DNA from: Bacteroidota bacterium
Lineage (GTDB): Bacteria > Bacteroidota > Ignavibacteria > UBA10030 > UBA8401
Length of the DNA: 49,705 nucleotides
Direction of reading: 5' to 3'
Assembly: GCA_031420755.1 (NCBI GenBank)
Contig: JANONI010000194.1
Coordinates: 1-49,705, forward strand
This document shows, one piece after another, positions 49,362 to 49,705 of this stretch. The stretch's first letter is position 1, and each line of letters opens with the position of its first letter. The position numbers were made by a program, and so were the translations under genes. The notes beneath the pieces were generated by a model that saw nothing but the letters and a program-made list of their open reading frames with translations, searched no databases and was not told the DNA's origin.

Positions 49362-49705
49362 ATGCCTCCTAAGAATAAAGTTATTGTTGAAGTTATCAAT
49401 GACATAATTGTGAAATTAATGGAAAGAGTAATGAAAAAGGTTTTAATTGAAGACCCTTTCCTATCTGATAATCACAAAGCAAAAAAACCACTCTATGCAG
49501 CATTAGTTCCAGACGAAATATTTAAAGGTTCTCATTTTGAGCGTAGATTTGTGACACCTTTTGGAGGCGTATGGGAGAAATTGGCTAAAGCTGCGGCACA
49601 GAAATACTTTGGGAGCGCCGTTCTTGGCAAGTCTATCACAGGAAATATTCCAAAAGAAAGATTAAGAAGAATTCAAGAAGTTTTAAACAATTTGGAACAT
49701 ACTGA
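49362..49705 (+). CDS. Candidate restriction endonuclease, 3'-truncated by window edge (not in the supplied ORF track)
   Basis: The ATG at 49362, 3 nt after the methyltransferase stop, opens a frame with no stop to the window end (114 codons: MPPKNKVIVEVINDIIVKLMERV...HFERRFVTPFGGVWEKLAKAAAQKYF...LNNLEHT). The call rests on position. The F-x-R-x-F-x-T-x-F-G...E-x-L-A segment is reminiscent of TdeIII-type type II enzymes, but that could not be verified. Confidence 0.45.
   Translation, partial: MPPKNKVIVEVINDIIVKLMERVMKKVLIEDPFLSDNHKAKKPLYAALVPDEIFKGSHFERRFVTPFGGVWEKLAKAAAQKYFGSAVLGKSITGNIPKERLRRIQEVLNNLEHT

Overview
This AT-rich window (roughly 35-40% G+C by eye) is mostly core chromosome, probably from an FCB-group bacterium. 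The Ignavibacteria/Chlorobi-like guess rests only on gene content (YpdA, DUF4835, PorV/PorQ-like protein, split atpDC, GT9, DUF3108); no rRNA or tRNA gene is present to test it. All family calls come from motif recognition by eye, since no database search was possible.

Recognisable content, in order:
- A pyrimidine/hydantoin catabolic module: 5'-truncated dihydropyrimidinase, NCS1 permease and a convergent mmsA-type aldehyde dehydrogenase.
- rplM-rpsI and rpsB-tsf-pyrH-frr, then 5-formyl-THF cyclo-ligase.
- A two-domain PspC protein with a LiaF-like membrane partner.
- polA, an EamA transporter, a class-C-like serine hydrolase, ypdA, atpDC, alr, a ManC-like guanylyltransferase and rlpA.
- Outer-membrane/T9SS-like genes, mnmA, a TPR lipoprotein plus DUF58, and uvrA.
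- A four-gene islet of hypothetical proteins.
- mpg-ruvB-obg on the minus strand, then hup.
- A long co-directional envelope array: FKBP, ferredoxin, geranylgeranyl-reductase-like flavoprotein, VanX-type dipeptidase, GT9, DUF3108 and CPBP.
- cdsA, followed by a compact restriction-modification-like module that runs off the 3' edge.

Things not explained by ordinary annotation:
1. A ~100-120 bp nested-palindrome intergenic repeat occurs in three copies (about 1.5, 14.2 and 29.1 kb). It carries compensatory substitutions in both stems and is mixed with at least two other short palindromic module families (14.1-14.3 kb and 46.1 kb).
2. A decayed N-terminal fragment of a type I HsdM methylase lies at about 15.3-15.5 kb.
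3. The module at 47.5-49.7 kb comprises a 70-aa ORF, a methyltransferase with motif X/I before motif IV and an SPPY tetrapeptide, and an open reading frame absent from the ORF track that is a candidate endonuclease.
4. A small ORF is translationally coupled to a nucleotidyltransferase-fold protein at 35.0-35.8 kb, which looks toxin-antitoxin or defence-like.
5. A dedicated 2x[4Fe-4S] ferredoxin is translationally coupled to an archaeal-type geranylgeranyl reductase homologue.

No CRISPR array, integrase, transposase or RNA gene could be supported. Several ORF-track start codons are clearly too far upstream and were trimmed.
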